NCBI RefSeq assembly: GCF_054482525.1
Contig: NZ_CM137006.1
DNA length: 64,000 nt
Reading direction: 5' to 3' (one strand)
Numbering within the stretch: position 1 is the first letter of the stretch; the number at the start of each line of letters is the position of its first letter. Both the position numbers and the translations under genes were made by a program. The notes under the pieces are model-generated. The model saw nothing but the letters and a program-made list of their open reading frames with translations, had not been told where the DNA came from and ran no database searches. Positions 44,937-54,058 of this stretch are shown here, one piece after another.

Positions 44937-45355
44937 GGTTTGACTCCCATGCGTTCAAACAGAATATCGGGGCTGACAAAGCACAGTTCGCGGCTTTGCT
45001 CGTCGACCGCGACCTGAATGGTGTATCCGGTGGTGGCGCGTTTTCCCGTTTCGGCATCGAAAATCTGATAGCCAATCCGCAGACGGTTTTCGAACTCTTC
45101 GATATGCGCACGCACGCGGATGCGTTGCTCAAAGGTGAGGGCGTGGCGATATTTCACCCTCGCATCGACCACTGGCCACAAATAACCGGACTCTTTCATC
45201 TGCCGATAGCCGTAATTGAACTGGTTGAGCAGCGCCTCGCGGGCCACTTCAAAGTAGCGAAAATAGTTACCGTGCCAGGCCACGCCCATCATATCGACGT
45301 CGTGAAAGGGAATGGTCAGCTCGACTTCAGCGGTAAATCGGGGATCGTTAAGCAC
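44933..45355 (-). CDS. apeK: Hotdog-fold acyl thioesterase (4HBT family), ApeK position
   Basis: 140 aa; N-terminal ...IPFHDVDMMGVAWHGNYFRYFEVAREALL typical of 4HBT/YbgC-type thioesterases. Confidence 0.7.
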   Translation of the reverse strand: MLNDPRFTAEVELTIPFHDVDMMGVAWHGNYFRYFEVAREALLNQFNYGYRQMKESGYLWPVVDARVKYRHALTFEQRIRVRAHIEEFENRLRIGYQIFDAETGKRATTGYTIQVAVDEQSRELCFVSPDILFERMGVKP

Positions 45356-45358
45356 CCT

Positions 45359-47035
45359 TTACTCCTTGTCCTGGACTTCCGGCAGTTGCCAGAAATCGAA
45401 AAAATTAAACCAGTCGAGGGGGGACTGGAGCGCGTAATATTCCAGACGCGCGGCGTAATGATCGATAGCGTTTTGCAGCGCCTGCTGGCGTTCGCCACGC
45501 GGCAACAGCAGCGGGTCGGCAAAGGTTTCGCAGTGAATATGCAGCTTGCCGTGCTGGCGCAGCGCGAAAATCAGATTCACCGGGCAGCGCAAAATAGACG
45601 CAAGAATAAACGGCCCCTGCGGGAAGGGCGCAGGCTGGCCCATAAACGGACTCCAGCAGACTCGCCAGTCGCCGCCGCGTTGCGGGTTGACGGCGATGCG
45701 GTCACCGACAATCGCCACCCATTCGCCGTTATCCAGCTTCTCTTTGAGCAGGATGGCGGTTTCTGGGCCGATATCCGTCACCGGGAGCAGGTTGATGCCT
45801 GCCTGCGGGGCCATCTCCTGCATTATCTGTTTAAAGCGTTGGGCGTTTTCGCTAAACACCAGCGCGTTAATGGTTTTGTAGCCCTGAATTTTTGCCAGCG
45901 CCCGGCACACTTCCACATCGCCAAGATGCGAGGCCAGCAGCAATTTGCCGCGCGGATCGCTGACGTTAAGTGCCGCTTCTGCGCCTGGTGCAAACAGCAC
46001 ATCACGCCCGAGTTGCAGCTCGCCGCGCCAGCTGGCGATTTTGTCGAGCATGGCGTTGCCGAAACGTAGAAAGTGCTGATAGCTGTTGATTTTTGCTGCC
46101 AGTGGTTGTTGTTGGCGCACACGGGCGAGCCAGGCTTGCGACGCTTTACGCGCACGAGCAGCGGTGAGCCAGTAGACGCCCACCACCGGGTAAAGCAGCG
46201 CGGTAAACGCAGTTCTTCCCAGCAGACGCCAGACCAGCAGCATCAGGCGCATTCCCCATAATCCTTTCACTTCGCTCTGCCGCGCCCAGTGGCTGGAAGA
46301 GCTGCGCATCAGCAGTGAAGGAATACGCGGCAACATGCCGAAAAACAGACGTGTGTGCATGAGCGAGATGCGGACGTTATCTTTCAGGGCATCAAAATGC
46401 GAAAGCCCGTCCAGTGGATAGGTGACGCGGGTCGGCACGAAATAGCTGGTGTTTCCCTGCCAGTAGAGGCGCACCATCACTTCAGTGTCGAAATCCATCC
46501 GCTTGCCGATGGTGGCGTATTTTGCCAGTTGCAGCGTTGGCGCAACCGGATAAACGCGAAAGCCGCACATGCTGTCTTTCAGTTGCAGGGAGAGCGTTTC
46601 GATCCATACCCAGACGTGGGTGACCCAGCGCCCGTACAGCCGTGAGCGGGGGATGGAGTCATCGTAAATCGGCTGGCCGGAGATCAGCGCCGCAGGCTGC
46701 TGTTCAGCGAGTGCCAGCAGTTTAGGGATGTCTTCAATCGCGTGCTGACCGTCAGCATCCACCTGTACCGCATGGCTGAAGCCCGCGTCTGCCGCCGCCT
46801 GTAAGCCGCGCATTACCGCCGCGCCTTTGCCTGCGTTTTCTGCCAGGCGAATTAAGGTCACGCCAGGCTGTTCGGCAACCAGATTATCCAGTTGCTGTTG
46901 CGTGGCGGCATCGCTGCCGTCATCCACCACAATACAGGGCAGATTAAATGGCTTAAGACGCGCCAGCACGCCCGGCATCATCGCACCGTGGTTGTAGCAG
47001 GGGATCAACACACAGGGAGAAAAGTTTACCGACAT
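45359..47035 (-). CDS. apeJ: Bifunctional glycosyltransferase family 2 / lipid A-type acyltransferase-like protein, ApeJ position
   Basis: 558 aa; N-terminal GT2 motifs (CIVVDDGSD, VQVDADGQH) and a C-terminal acyltransferase-like domain. Confidence 0.7.
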   Translation of the reverse strand: MSVNFSPCVLIPCYNHGAMMPGVLARLKPFNLPCIVVDDGSDAATQQQLDNLVAEQPGVTLIRLAENAGKGAAVMRGLQAAADAGFSHAVQVDADGQHAIEDIPKLLALAEQQPAALISGQPIYDDSIPRSRLYGRWVTHVWVWIETLSLQLKDSMCGFRVYPVAPTLQLAKYATIGKRMDFDTEVMVRLYWQGNTSYFVPTRVTYPLDGLSHFDALKDNVRISLMHTRLFFGMLPRIPSLLMRSSSSHWARQSEVKGLWGMRLMLLVWRLLGRTAFTALLYPVVGVYWLTAARARKASQAWLARVRQQQPLAAKINSYQHFLRFGNAMLDKIASWRGELQLGRDVLFAPGAEAALNVSDPRGKLLLASHLGDVEVCRALAKIQGYKTINALVFSENAQRFKQIMQEMAPQAGINLLPVTDIGPETAILLKEKLDNGEWVAIVGDRIAVNPQRGGDWRVCWSPFMGQPAPFPQGPFILASILRCPVNLIFALRQHGKLHIHCETFADPLLLPRGERQQALQNAIDHYAARLEYYALQSPLDWFNFFDFWQLPEVQDKE

Positions 47036-47379
47036 AGGCGGATCTTCCCGCTACTGGCGGTGTGGCGGGCGTCACCGTCGTGACGCTGATAGCTAAAGCT
47101 CAGAATCTGGCGTTCTTCCTGCCAGTTAAGCGTGAGCGTGACGCGGTTTTCCGGCAGCAACGGGGACTGGAATTTGATGTTCTGAATAGAGTGAAAACGC
47201 CAGCCAGGCGCGAGCAGGGCAAGCGCGTAGCTCATCGCCCAGTCGATTTGTGCAACTCCTGGAAGTAACGGCTGCACGGCAAAATGACCGCGAAACCAGA
47301 ACAGATCCGCCCTGAGATGCAGAACAATTTCAAGGTGATTCGCTTGTGCCTGATGGCGCTCGATTTCATGGGGCTTCAT
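47026..47379 (-). CDS. apeI: Hotdog-fold dehydratase (FabZ-like), ApeI position
   Basis: Start refined to MKPHEIERH (AGGAG RBS 8 nt upstream); contains FRGHFAVQPLLPGV. Confidence 0.7.
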   Translation of the reverse strand: MKPHEIERHQAQANHLEIVLHLRADLFWFRGHFAVQPLLPGVAQIDWAMSYALALLAPGWRFHSIQNIKFQSPLLPENRVTLTLNWQEERQILSFSYQRHDGDARHTASSGKIRLCR

Positions 47380-48727
47380 GAAATAACTCCTGTAATTGCG
47401 CATAGACACGCTTGTTCATACTGTTTACTGGCATTTCATCAATAACGCGCCAGTAACGCGGAATAGCAACTGGCTCCAGGGTCGGGCGCAGTAATCGCCG
47501 CCAGGTCATTTCCTGGCTATGCCCGCCGCCGTTCTGCCATTGCAGATGAGCTTCGTCATCCAGCACCAGCAAAACGCCGATGCTCTGACGCCCGCCGCGC
47601 GTAACGGGAACTGCCGCCGCCTCGCGAATGCCGTCCAGCGCCAGCAGACGTTGTTCTACTTCCTGGAGTGAAATACGTTTTTCTTCAATCTTAACGATGC
47701 GCCCACGACGCCCCATCAGATGGAACTGACCGTCCTGGCTAAACTGCAAGAGATCGTCGAGCAACAGGCCGTTATCTTCCGCTATCAGCGGTGAAAAGAG
47801 GCGAAATGCTTCACCTTCGACCTGGAAGTGCATACCTGGAAAGGGCCGCCAGCGGCGTTGCTCTTGTTCGCGGTAACGCCAGGCAATGACGCCGGTTTCC
47901 GTGCTGCCGAAGATTTCATCAGGCCAGACGCGCAGCCAGCTCTCGGTATATTGTACGTCCTGCCACGGCAGCTCACCGCCAGCAGAGAGAAGCACCTGAA
48001 CAGGCGGCGGGGATAGCTGAGCATCCAGACGCTTCAAAAATGCCGGGCTGCTGATGAAGATATAGCGATGCTGGTGACTCAATGCGGCAAACTGTTCGAC
48101 ATACCAGAGCATGGCGGCGTGCAGCGGTAATCCCAGCGCCATTGGCAGGAAAACGCGAAAAGTCAGGCCGTACAAATGCTGCGGCAAAACGGAACCGACG
48201 ACACGACATCCGGCAAGACGTGCGCCTAATCGTTCAGCCAGCAGTTCTGCTTCACGGTCCAGCAAATGAACAGGCTTAATTACCCGCTTTGGCTGCCCCG
48301 TAGAACCGGAGGTAAACAGCTCGATATAAGCGTCTGGCGCTATAGCGGCAAAGGTGAATGATTGTGTCGCGACTTGTGGGGAACTTGCTACCAACAGCAA
48401 TGAACCTTGCCAGTTAAGTTCGCTGTCGCTAAGTACACCATCGAACAGTTCACGTTGCTCATTAAGCTGGATGACACGGTTATGCCCCGGAAGCACCGGC
48501 GTTTTTCCGGCGTGTAGCGTGGCGAGCAGGGCAACGATAAATAGATAGCTGTTCTCAAAGCACAGCGCCCAGCGTTCACCCGGCTGTTGCTGCAAGCGGC
48601 AGATAAGTTGCGCGACATCGTGACGCAAATCGCCCAGTGTCCACGAGCTTTCGTCCAGCCACGCAATGGGCGTGTCATCAGGGCGTGGCGCAGTCAGCCA
48701 GCGTGCAAGCGGTAAGGTCTGCTTCAT
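47366..48727 (-). CDS. apeH: AMP-dependent synthetase/ligase (acyl/aryl-CoA or acyl-ACP ligase), ApeH position
   Basis: AMP-binding signature LFTSGSTGQPKRV; start refined to MKQTLPLARWL, giving an ATGA overlap with the upstream gene. Confidence 0.8.
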   Translation of the reverse strand: MKQTLPLARWLTAPRPDDTPIAWLDESSWTLGDLRHDVAQLICRLQQQPGERWALCFENSYLFIVALLATLHAGKTPVLPGHNRVIQLNEQRELFDGVLSDSELNWQGSLLLVASSPQVATQSFTFAAIAPDAYIELFTSGSTGQPKRVIKPVHLLDREAELLAERLGARLAGCRVVGSVLPQHLYGLTFRVFLPMALGLPLHAAMLWYVEQFAALSHQHRYIFISSPAFLKRLDAQLSPPPVQVLLSAGGELPWQDVQYTESWLRVWPDEIFGSTETGVIAWRYREQEQRRWRPFPGMHFQVEGEAFRLFSPLIAEDNGLLLDDLLQFSQDGQFHLMGRRGRIVKIEEKRISLQEVEQRLLALDGIREAAAVPVTRGGRQSIGVLLVLDDEAHLQWQNGGGHSQEMTWRRLLRPTLEPVAIPRYWRVIDEMPVNSMNKRVYAQLQELFHEAP

Positions 48728-49305
48728 GAGCGATCTCTTTTTATCACCTGACGGCGCACCAGCCATTCACCTGCCATTAACGTTCCCATCAACAAATAAG
48801 CAATCATGCCGTTCCAGGCGGTCCATAACGACATATCGCCATAAAGCGCGGTAAAGAGGGCAATTCCGCCGTTAATGATGAAAAAGCCGCACCAGATTTG
48901 CGTGACACGGCGGGTATAGCGCACGCCCTTTTCCGGGAGGTCTGGCTCCTGCAAACGTGCCAGCCGCTCAACTATCGGCATTGTCGACCACAGCGAACCG
49001 CCAAAAACCGCCAGCATGATCGCGTTAACCACTACCGGGTAAAACAGCAGTAGCTGGTGCGTTTTCAACAGAAAGCTGGCGACACACAATGCGATGCCCA
49101 CGACAGCGACGATTTGTGTGACGGCTTGTAGCGGCCCCGCCCGGCGACGGGTCTGGCGCAGGCGCAACAAAAGCAGCAACGCTATTAGCGGCAACAACCA
49201 GTGCAGGCCGTTATGCGCCAGGCCAAACCAAATCACAAACGGCCAGGCGAGCAGCAATAATCCAGTCAGCAGCTTAATCATCGGTAGCGAGCGAATGCCC
49301 GACAT
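48724..49305 (-). CDS. apeG: Small integral membrane protein, ApeG position
   Basis: 193 aa with about five hydrophobic helices. Confidence 0.6.
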   Translation of the reverse strand: MSGIRSLPMIKLLTGLLLLAWPFVIWFGLAHNGLHWLLPLIALLLLLRLRQTRRRAGPLQAVTQIVAVVGIALCVASFLLKTHQLLLFYPVVVNAIMLAVFGGSLWSTMPIVERLARLQEPDLPEKGVRYTRRVTQIWCGFFIINGGIALFTALYGDMSLWTAWNGMIAYLLMGTLMAGEWLVRRQVIKRDRS

Positions 49306-49309
49306 CAGA

Positions 49310-49561
49310 TCAGGCTTCTTGTAGCAGGCGTTCTACAGCCTCTACGACATCCTGAACTGTGCGCACTGCTTTAAACTCTTCCGGCTTGATTTTCTTACCG
49401 GTTTTCTTTTGCAGGTGCACAATCATGTCAACGGCGTCGATGCTGTCCAGTTCCAGATCTTCGTACAGGCGCGCTTCAGGTTTGATGTCCTGCGGATCGA
49501 TTTCAAACAGCTTAACCAGCAGGGCTGAGACTTCCTGATAGACGGTTTGTTGTTCTGTCAT
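49310..49561 (-). CDS. apeF: Acyl carrier protein, ApeF position
   Basis: 83 aa; phosphopantetheine-attachment context LELDSIDAVDM. Confidence 0.85.
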   Translation of the reverse strand: MTEQQTVYQEVSALLVKLFEIDPQDIKPEARLYEDLELDSIDAVDMIVHLQKKTGKKIKPEEFKAVRTVQDVVEAVERLLQEA

Positions 49562-49572
49562 GATGGCTTTCC

Positions 49573-49830
49573 TCAGGCACGTTGCGCAGCAATGAAAGAG
49601 GCCAGAGTGGCGACGGAGAAAAAGTGCTGACGCATCTCTTCACTTTCCGCAGAAAGTACAACGCCATATTGATTTTTCACTGCCAGCCCCAGTTCCAGGG
49701 CATCGATGGAATCCAGTCCTAAACCGTCGCCGAACAGCGGCGCATCGGTCTCGATATCATCAGGAGTCAACTCGTCCAGATTGAGGGTACTGATGATGAG
49801 GTTTTTAATTTCCAGATAAAGCGCTTGCAT
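49573..49830 (-). CDS. apeE: Acyl carrier protein, ApeE position
   Basis: 85 aa; attachment context LGLDSIDALEL. Confidence 0.85.
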   Translation of the reverse strand: MQALYLEIKNLIISTLNLDELTPDDIETDAPLFGDGLGLDSIDALELGLAVKNQYGVVLSAESEEMRQHFFSVATLASFIAAQRA

Positions 49831-50626
49831 TATTTATTCCTGAGAGAGGTAAACAACCTTGTTGTAATTGAAGCAAAAGATGCCGGTTTAACTGCCTTGC
49901 TGCCAGCGCCGGTTCTTGTGAAGTTGCATCGTAAAATTTATTGATTTCAACCCGACCATGGACTTCAACCGTAAAAAACGGCCGGTCAGGTGGAACGTCA
50001 TACCATTTACTTTGTTTATCCAGCAGATGCTCGCTACAGCCGATCGTCACGATGCGTAAATCGCTGGCACAGCGCACGGCAATATTCGCCGCCCCGCGCT
50101 GCAGCGTCATTTTTTCACCGGGCTTCGTTCGCGTGCCTTCGGGGAAAATCAGGATAGTGTCACCCTGTGCCAGTCGCTGTTGGCAGCGGGGTAACAGGGT
50201 TTCAGCTTCGCTGTTGATTAAATAATCTGCCGCCCGCACGACGCCGCCAAGAAAAGGATTTTTTAACAGCGCGCTTTTCACCAGGCAGTCAGTTTCTGGC
50301 ATGACTGACGCCAGCAGCACGTAATCGATCAGCGTGGGATGATTGGCTACGACGAGGCAACCGCGTTCCTGACGTAAAATTTCAGCGCCATCAATACGAT
50401 AATCCAGCACGCCAAGCCCTTTCGCGACAGTTAAAAACAGGCGAAAACTGGCGGCAATGCTGCGACGCGCCAAACGACGGCGGCGGGAAGTATCCCACAC
50501 CAAAACTAACAATATGTTAAACCACACGACAGAAAGCAGCAGGCCGCCGAGACCAAACAGGGCAAAACATAACCCGGTCATGACCAGTCGCCAGGTCCAC
50601 TCCAGACGTGACATCAGCTTACTCAT
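49805..50626 (-). CDS. apeD: Lysophospholipid/1-acylglycerol-3-phosphate-type acyltransferase, ApeD position
   Basis: HX4D motif NHPTLID and N-terminal TM helices; start refined to MSKLMSRLEW (ATGA overlap). Confidence 0.75.
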   Translation of the reverse strand: MSKLMSRLEWTWRLVMTGLCFALFGLGGLLLSVVWFNILLVLVWDTSRRRRLARRSIAASFRLFLTVAKGLGVLDYRIDGAEILRQERGCLVVANHPTLIDYVLLASVMPETDCLVKSALLKNPFLGGVVRAADYLINSEAETLLPRCQQRLAQGDTILIFPEGTRTKPGEKMTLQRGAANIAVRCASDLRIVTIGCSEHLLDKQSKWYDVPPDRPFFTVEVHGRVEINKFYDATSQEPALAARQLNRHLLLQLQQGCLPLSGINNASALSGN

Positions 50627-51345
50627 CTGCGGCTCCAGCGCCATTGCACGCGCTCGCCAGGCAGTGAAAATGCGTCTGCATTTTGTAAATAGTGCTGTAA
50701 AAACAACATGCTTTGCGGCAGTGATGTTTCATTGCCCGCAATGGCTGACTGCGTTTCACATTGCCAGTCATCGCCAGCTTCAATCACCAGCGCGACGGCG
50801 TACGGCCAGGTCGGCATTTCTGATGGCAGTTGTGGGTGATAAAACTCAGGCAGAAAGCCATCAAAATCGACCATCAGCACGCGCTGGTATCCCGCTTGTA
50901 ACAGGCTAAGCACTTCACACAAACCTTGCTGGAAAGTGTCGCGACCAGCAGAAAGCGATGACGAAACGATCGGCTGTTTGGCCGCAATGGTCAGGTTACC
51001 CACGGAAGAGTTGTGTACGGAGAGCGCGAAGTCGGTCGGAGAAAGCGCCTGTTCAGTTGCCAGTGCATGAACAATGCGGTAATTGCGCTCCAGTTCGCCA
51101 TGACGACTGGTATACAAAACGGCGTCTGGCTGATGGCGGCGTAGCATTGCCAGACCGCATTCAACAGCCAGTTTGCTGCCTGAACTAAGGCGGCGGGCGG
51201 TCATCATTGGCAGTTCACTTAATTTTGCCAACGGCGCGGCAGGGTCAATCGCCCACGGCTGGCGCGACCATGCTTGCCATTGCTGCGCTTCGCTAAGTCC
51301 AGGCGCCAGTGCCTGCCAGTCGGTAATATTTAATGTAAATTTCAT
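50623..51345 (-). CDS. apeC: Truncated ketosynthase-like protein without a canonical active-site Cys (chain-length-factor-like), ApeC position
   Basis: About 240 aa, with SVHNSSVGNL where a KS would carry its catalytic Cys; start refined to MKFTLNI (the track start is a TTG). Confidence 0.6.
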   Translation of the reverse strand: MKFTLNITDWQALAPGLSEAQQWQAWSRQPWAIDPAAPLAKLSELPMMTARRLSSGSKLAVECGLAMLRRHQPDAVLYTSRHGELERNYRIVHALATEQALSPTDFALSVHNSSVGNLTIAAKQPIVSSSLSAGRDTFQQGLCEVLSLLQAGYQRVLMVDFDGFLPEFYHPQLPSEMPTWPYAVALVIEAGDDWQCETQSAIAGNETSLPQSMLFLQHYLQNADAFSLPGERVQWRWSRR

Positions 51346-51385
51346 CAACGCGCGCCCGCGGTAAACCAAAATTATTAAGTGACGA

Positions 51386-52453
51386 TTATTTCTTTTGGCA
51401 TATCAAAAGTGTATGCCCAACGCCTAAATTATCGTGGCGCTCTGCTACCTGGAATCCTGCTTTATTCAGATAGTCGTAAAATTTCTCTGCACTATAGAAA
51501 CGGCTGTTACCGTTTGCCATGCAGGTAAAATAAAGTGAGGACGCGTTCAGGCTAAATGATGCTGCTTCAAACCGCTGCGCATCCCAGAACAACTCCATGA
51601 TGCAAACTTTTGCGCCAGGCTTCATTACGCTGGCGATTTTGCTGAGTATGCTAATTATTTGTTCGGGTGAAAAACAGTCTAAAAATTGGCTCATCCACCA
51701 GATATCAGCCTCGCCCGGTAATGGGGCATCGCTTAGCATATCCACCGCATGGAAATCTATGCGATCAGAAAAACCTGCATTCGCGATATTTTCTTTCGCT
51801 AGTACGATTTGTTGTGGCAGATCTAATAACGTCACGGCGATGTTTTCATTGTATTTGCAGCAACGCAAAGCCCACTTACCCGTATTGCCGCCTACATCGT
51901 ACAATGTTGTGGGGTTGTTGGCGAATACATAAGGCAGTGCGGCGTTAAATGCGCCATCTGAATAGTAATGATCAAACGCAAACCAGCTTTCACGAGCGGC
52001 GTCTGGTAATTGTGAAAGTGCCGGATATATCGTCGGCCAGTCGCCAAATACTTTTAACCCGGACGGTTTTCCTTCATTGAGTGAATCGGCGAGGAAGAAG
52101 AGCCCCTGGTAACAGACATCCTGGGTGAAATCCATATTCACGCGAGTCATAGTGTCATGCAGGAGGTAATGACCGATTTTCGCCAGGTAATACATTCCCT
52201 CTTTACAGGTAATAATTCGCCCGCTTAAGCCCATATCTAACAGAACGCTGGCCGCATATTCGTTGATATGGCTATGTTCGGTGATATCAGCCAGCGTTGC
52301 GCCATGTTTGCCTTGCCGATCCAGATATGAAAGTACACCCGCATTACGTAGGCAGAGTGCTGTTTGAAAAAGCATAGGGGCAAAGGCAATGCGTTGAGCT
52401 TCGGTAATCGCATCCAGTGCGCTAAGAGAATCCTGTTCGTACATGTTGGGCAC
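51386..52453 (-). CDS. apeB: SAM-dependent O-methyltransferase, ApeB position
   Basis: 355 aa; methyltransferase fold with YDVGGNTGKWA-type SAM-binding glycine motif; track start is a GTG, first ATG three codons later. Confidence 0.75.
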   Translation of the reverse strand: MPNMYEQDSLSALDAITEAQRIAFAPMLFQTALCLRNAGVLSYLDRQGKHGATLADITEHSHINEYAASVLLDMGLSGRIITCKEGMYYLAKIGHYLLHDTMTRVNMDFTQDVCYQGLFFLADSLNEGKPSGLKVFGDWPTIYPALSQLPDAARESWFAFDHYYSDGAFNAALPYVFANNPTTLYDVGGNTGKWALRCCKYNENIAVTLLDLPQQIVLAKENIANAGFSDRIDFHAVDMLSDAPLPGEADIWWMSQFLDCFSPEQIISILSKIASVMKPGAKVCIMELFWDAQRFEAASFSLNASSLYFTCMANGNSRFYSAEKFYDYLNKAGFQVAERHDNLGVGHTLLICQKK

Positions 52454-52512
52454 AACCTGTTAAGAGGGAATTAAATTATTATCGGACCGCAGCGGCCCGA
52501 CTTTAGGAAGAA

Positions 52513-52890
52513 TTATAAATCTGCGCCCGCTGACAAATTCAGTTGAATATCTTTGTCGAGATTGCGGACCCAGCGATTGTAGTTTTTATGAATTTGTCCG
52601 CCTGACGCTTGTAGGTTCTGGCTATTTTCATAATTGATATCGTAGCTGGATGCCGTGTAGTTAATGCGAATTTCGGCTGAATGATCGCGTGACTGTTGAC
52701 GTGCTTTAATTACGCCTTGTCCGGCTTCGGACATAATCCATTTGCGTTCAACGCCAGCTTTCAGAATCGCTTTTTTCACTTGTTCCTGGGTATGACCAGC
52801 GCTGACGGTTGAGTGAACCTGATCAATTGGCGCAGTACGCGCGCAACCCGCTAAAGCACCCACAACAGCAATAGCCGCAAACCATTTCAT
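52513..52890 (-). CDS. Small lipoprotein, first gene of the operon
   Basis: MKWFAAIAVVGALAGCART (lipobox LAGC), 125 aa; the track ORF start at 52902 gives a 4-residue extension; IS1 lies 14 bp upstream. Confidence 0.6.
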   Translation of the reverse strand: MKWFAAIAVVGALAGCARTAPIDQVHSTVSAGHTQEQVKKAILKAGVERKWIMSEAGQGVIKARQQSRDHSAEIRINYTASSYDINYENSQNLQASGGQIHKNYNRWVRNLDKDIQLNLSAGADL

Positions 52891-52895
52891 GTAAT

Positions 52896-52904
52896 GTCTC
52901 ATTA
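52896..52904. repeat. IS1 target-site duplication, left copy
   Basis: GTCTCATTA directly abutting the IS1 end; identical copy at 53673-53681. Confidence 0.9.
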
Positions 52905-52919
52905 GGTAATGACTCCAAC

Positions 52920-53423
52920 TTATTGATAGTGTTTTATGTTCAGATAATGCCCGATGACTTTGTCATGCAGCTCCACCGATTTTGAAAACGACAGCGACTT
53001 CCGTCCCAGCCGTGCCAGGTGCTGCCTCAGATTCAGGTTATGCCGCTCAATTCGCTGCGTATATCGCTTGCTGATTACGTGCAGCTTTCCCTTCAGGCGG
53101 GATTCATACAGCGGCCAGCCATCCGTCATCCATATCACCACGTCAAAGGGTGACAGCAGGCTCATAAGACGCCCCAGCGTCGCCATAGTGCGTTCACCGA
53201 ATACGTGCGCAACAACCGTCTTCCGGAGCCTGTCATACGCGTAAAACAGCCAGCGCTGGCGCGATTTAGCCCCGACGTATCCCCACTGTTCGTCCATTTC
53301 CGCGCAGACGATGACGTCACTGCCCGGCTGTATGCGCGAGGTTACCGACTGCGGCCTGAGTTTTTTAAGTGACGTAAAATCGTGTTGAGGCCAACGCCCA
53401 TAATGCGGGCGGTTGCCCGGCAT
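52920..53423 (-). CDS. insB: IS1 transposase InsB (expressed as InsAB' by -1 frameshift)
   Basis: 167 aa ORF within IS1, in the -1 frame relative to insA. Confidence 0.9.
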
Positions 53424-53617
53424 CCAACGCCATTCATGGCCATATCAATGATTTTCTGGTGCGTACCGGGTTGAGAAGCGGTGTAAGTGAACTGCAGTTG
53501 CCATGTTTTACGGCAGTGAGAGCAGAGATAGCGCTGATGTCCGGCGGTGCTTTTGCCGTTACGCACCACTCCGTCAGTAGCTGAACAGGAGGGACAGCTG
53601 ATAGAAACAGAAGCCAC
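53342..53617 (-). CDS. insA: IS1 protein InsA
   Basis: 91 aa starting [40 protein letters not shown] (zinc-finger-like). Confidence 0.9.
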
Positions 53618-53672
53618 TGGAGCACCTCAAAAACACCATCATACACTAAATCAGTAAGTTGGCAGCATCACC

Positions 53673-53681
53673 GTCTCATTA
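53673..53681. repeat. IS1 target-site duplication, right copy
   Basis: GTCTCATTA, identical to 52896-52904. Confidence 0.9.
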
Positions 53682-54008
53682 GAACCCCATTAAAGTATTG
53701 TTTTTACGAGTAAAGCAAGATTTAACTGTAATTGCTGGAATCACTATTCTTTATTTAGCGAAAAAATTACTTGTGAGATAAGTCAGTAAGTGCACATCAG
53801 AGTAAAAATTTCTGAAATGACTAAATTACTGCCAGCGGGGACCAACTATAAGTGAGTGAGAAAAATGAGGCAATAAAAATAACAGATTGTTATCAGTGCA
53901 TTCTTTGAGAGGGATTTAATCGCTATTCGGCGTTTATATATATTTGACTTAAGGAATGGTTTTTATAAATTAATTGTCTGAATAATGTTTCTTCATTTCC
54001 TCAAATCA

Positions 54009-54039
54009 AATGGCCACTGTTAGATAAACGGTGGCCATT
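54009..54039 (-). terminator. Stem-loop downstream of yhhT
   Basis: AATGGCCAC-13 nt loop-GTGGCCATT, 20 nt past the yhhT stop, followed on the minus strand by TTGATTTGAGG. Confidence 0.45.
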
Positions 54040-54058
54040 GCCTGCTCAGGAGGTGCTA

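Larger units (their letters stand above)
52905..53672 (-). mobile_element. IS1: Insertion sequence IS1, complete (768 bp)
   Basis: Ends GGTAATGACTCCAACTTATTGATAGTG... and ...CACTAAATCAGTAAGTTGGCAGCATCACC match IS1 terminal inverted repeats; insA and insB with the A6C frameshift motif (TTAAAAAACTC on the minus strand, about 53358-53368); flanked by a 9 bp direct repeat. Confidence 0.95.

Noticed and set aside
52902-52902. Track start of the first operon ORF (MRHYMKWF...)
   Set aside because: The four extra codons precede a canonical lipoprotein signal peptide starting MKWF; the shorter start is more plausible, although the upstream ATG cannot be excluded.
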